This document shows, piece after piece, positions 28,589 through 32,000 of a DNA stretch of 32,000 nucleotides (position 1 is the stretch's first letter; each line of letters opens with the position of its first letter). Source of the DNA: Paramicrosporidium saccamoebae KSL3 (taxonomy: Eukaryota > Fungi > Cryptomycota). The notes under the pieces were generated by a model that was not told where the DNA came from, searched no databases, and was given only the letters and a program-made list of their open reading frames with translations. A program made the translations under genes and the position numbers. Location: the NCBI GenBank assembly GCA_002794465.1, contig MTSL01000003.1:1-32000 (forward strand), in the 5' to 3' direction.

Positions 28589-29592
28589 ATGACCGATAAC
28601 TGGAGTCTACTGTTTGTGCTAGTTCTGGCAACATCTGTCTCGATACTATGGTTCATGAGGATTACTAGCAGGAAAGCACGTAGTTTTCGCAGAAAAGTAT
28701 ATCAATATGTCGGGTCTATATCCCTTAGCATGTTCTGATAACCGGCGGCAGTTCGGGACTCGGTAAAGAAGTTGCAAAATGTCTCCTGTCTAAAGGAGCA
28801 TCCGTAACTATTGCTGCCCGTCGAAAAAATGTTCTCGATGAGTCCAGAAAAGAACTCTTGGGATTCATCTCCGAGAAGGCATCTCTTGAAATAGTTTCGG
28901 CTGACGTCACAGATCCCGAATCTGCACGGAACATGGTGACGGAAGCCGAACGATTGCAAGGACAAATGGTAGATTGTGTGTTCTGCTGTGCCGGAGCCGC
29001 CACGCCAGGCTTCTTTATTGATCAGACTCCCGAAATCCTTTCAAAGCAAATGCAACTCAACTATCTGGGAGCTGTTAACTCTATCCATCCTGCGATAAAG
29101 CGGATGATTGAAGTCGGCAAAGGGGGGAGAATAGTGTTTGTCAGCTCCACTTTGGGCTTGATGGGAATGATTGGATATTCACAATACTCTTCTGCAAAAT
29201 TTGCTCTTAGAGGACTGGCCGAATCCTTGCGCCAGGAACTTTTGCCTTATAATATTAGTGTTCATATATTTTTTGTAGCCACAATCGACTCGCCTGGAAA
29301 CCAAATCGAGAACGAGAATAAGCCAGAAATCACCAAAATTATTGAAGAAGGCGACATTTCCGACCCTTCGCCCATAAAGCGAGCCCAAACTCTGCTCAAA
29401 GGCATCGAAGCCGGAAAATTTGCCATTTCATCAGACATAGTAACCGAATTGATTCGAGCGACATCTCGAGGAAACGCTCCTGGAAATGGCATGTTTCTAG
29501 ACGCACTTCTTTGCACACTGGGCTTTATATTCTTGCCCATCTGGAGAAAATATGCGGATTATTTGGTCGTGAAACATTATAAAAATGCATAA
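28589..29592 (+). CDS. TSC10: 3-ketodihydrosphingosine reductase (SDR family); intron 28697-28728
   Basis: N-terminal TM segment, HVLITGGSSGLG after splicing, IVFVSSTLG, YSQYSSAKFALRGLAESLRQE, TIDSPG..EN..KP.IT..IE. Confidence 0.88.
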
Positions 29593-29633
29593 TAGCAAAA
29601 TCGGGGCAGAGATTCTGTGAAACAGCAACCACT

Positions 29634-29728
29634 TATGGTTGACGGCTCCAACCCAGATATTTATGTTACTCTACAACCCAACCCCGTCGGATGACGGCCT
29701 ATAAAGGTGCCAGACACTTTAATAAAAC
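29634..29728 (+). promoter_or_regulatory. Dispersed promoter-like module, copy 3 (upstream of LPD1)
   Basis: ATGGTTGACGGCTCCAACCCAGATATTTATG...GGATGACGGCCTATAAAGGTGCCAGACACTTTAATAAAAC aligns to 16488-16585. Confidence 0.7.
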
Positions 29729-29768
29729 TAACCCGCTCATCAACAGATTCCTTATTAGGGTCTTTTGA

Positions 29769-31401
<1,633 letters not shown>

Positions 31402-31597
31402 ATCCAGTAACTCGTCTAGCTCAAATACAAATCGTTATTGTATGATGATGCAATACCTTGACTATATTCTTAGCATTGATGCGTAATGGATTTAATCTCC
31501 AACAAAGCTCTCAAGTTCCAACCTCATAATGTGAATCAAAACTTTCCACCAAACTATGCAGCCGAATTTACAACTACTATAGCTCAAATACAACCTT

Positions 31598-31957
31598 TTA
31601 TTGTTCAGCAGACAGTTCTTCATACAACGCCTTGGCTTTATTTTCAATATTGGGAATCAAAACTTCCAACTGGGCCTTGCGGGTGAGCATCTTTTCCTTC
31701 TCTTCAAGAGCCATACTGCTGACATTTCTGAGACGTTCTTGCACATGCGGAAGATCACTCAGAATAAAGGCCTTTCCAATAGTGCGATATACTGCCGTCT
31801 CGGCAGGTAATGACTCGAGCTCTTTCATTGTCAAGAGAGACATTTTGTTCTCGTGCTCTTTCCTGCTTGCAAATTCTGAAACACGTCTATGTTCAGCAAC
31901 CAGCTCTCCTAGTCGCGTTTGAGCGGCAGTAAATTCCTTCTTCAATGTTTCCGACAT
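31598..31957 (-). CDS. PFD1: Prefoldin beta subunit, most like subunit 1
   Basis: Two coiled-coil arms around ELESLPAETAVYRTIGKAFIL. The start at MSETLKKEF is assumed. Confidence 0.7.
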   Translation of the reverse strand: MSETLKKEFTAAQTRLGELVAEHRRVSEFASRKEHENKMSLLTMKELESLPAETAVYRTIGKAFILSDLPHVQERLRNVSSMALEEKEKMLTRKAQLEVLIPNIENKAKALYEELSAEQ

Positions 31958-32000
31958 TCCTAATCTGTGAACCCTTGCTAAATCATGTCGAATCATGACG

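Overview
Eukaryotic, very gene-dense nuclear DNA with fungal affinity. It has tiny GT-AG introns (28-36 nt, read directly from the sequence) and 70-100 bp head-to-head promoters. This fits an early-diverging fungus or Rozellomycota-type parasite that keeps mitochondrial complex I (inference only). The right third (21.1-32 kb) is mostly housekeeping: DBP4, NDUFV1, RPL17, TIM44, TSC10, LPD1, PFD1. The left ~20 kb mixes a few conserved genes (DUF1764, a POMGNT2-like GT61 transferase, RPD3, NDUFA5) with about 10 lineage-specific, signal-peptide-bearing ORFs. The main discovery is a cluster of five divergent paralogs (9.9-19.9 kb). They share three motifs that map onto the PP2C/PPM phosphatase fold but have lost most metal-binding aspartates, and they flank a pepsin-like protein with degenerate catalytic motifs, which suggests a secreted pseudo-enzyme/effector island. 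Two independent cases show a promoter+signal-peptide cassette placed on unrelated protein bodies. There is also a dispersed ~95-bp promoter module, a dispersed ~110-bp repeat and three minisatellites at convergent gene ends. No rRNA, tRNA, CRISPR array or transposase was recognised.
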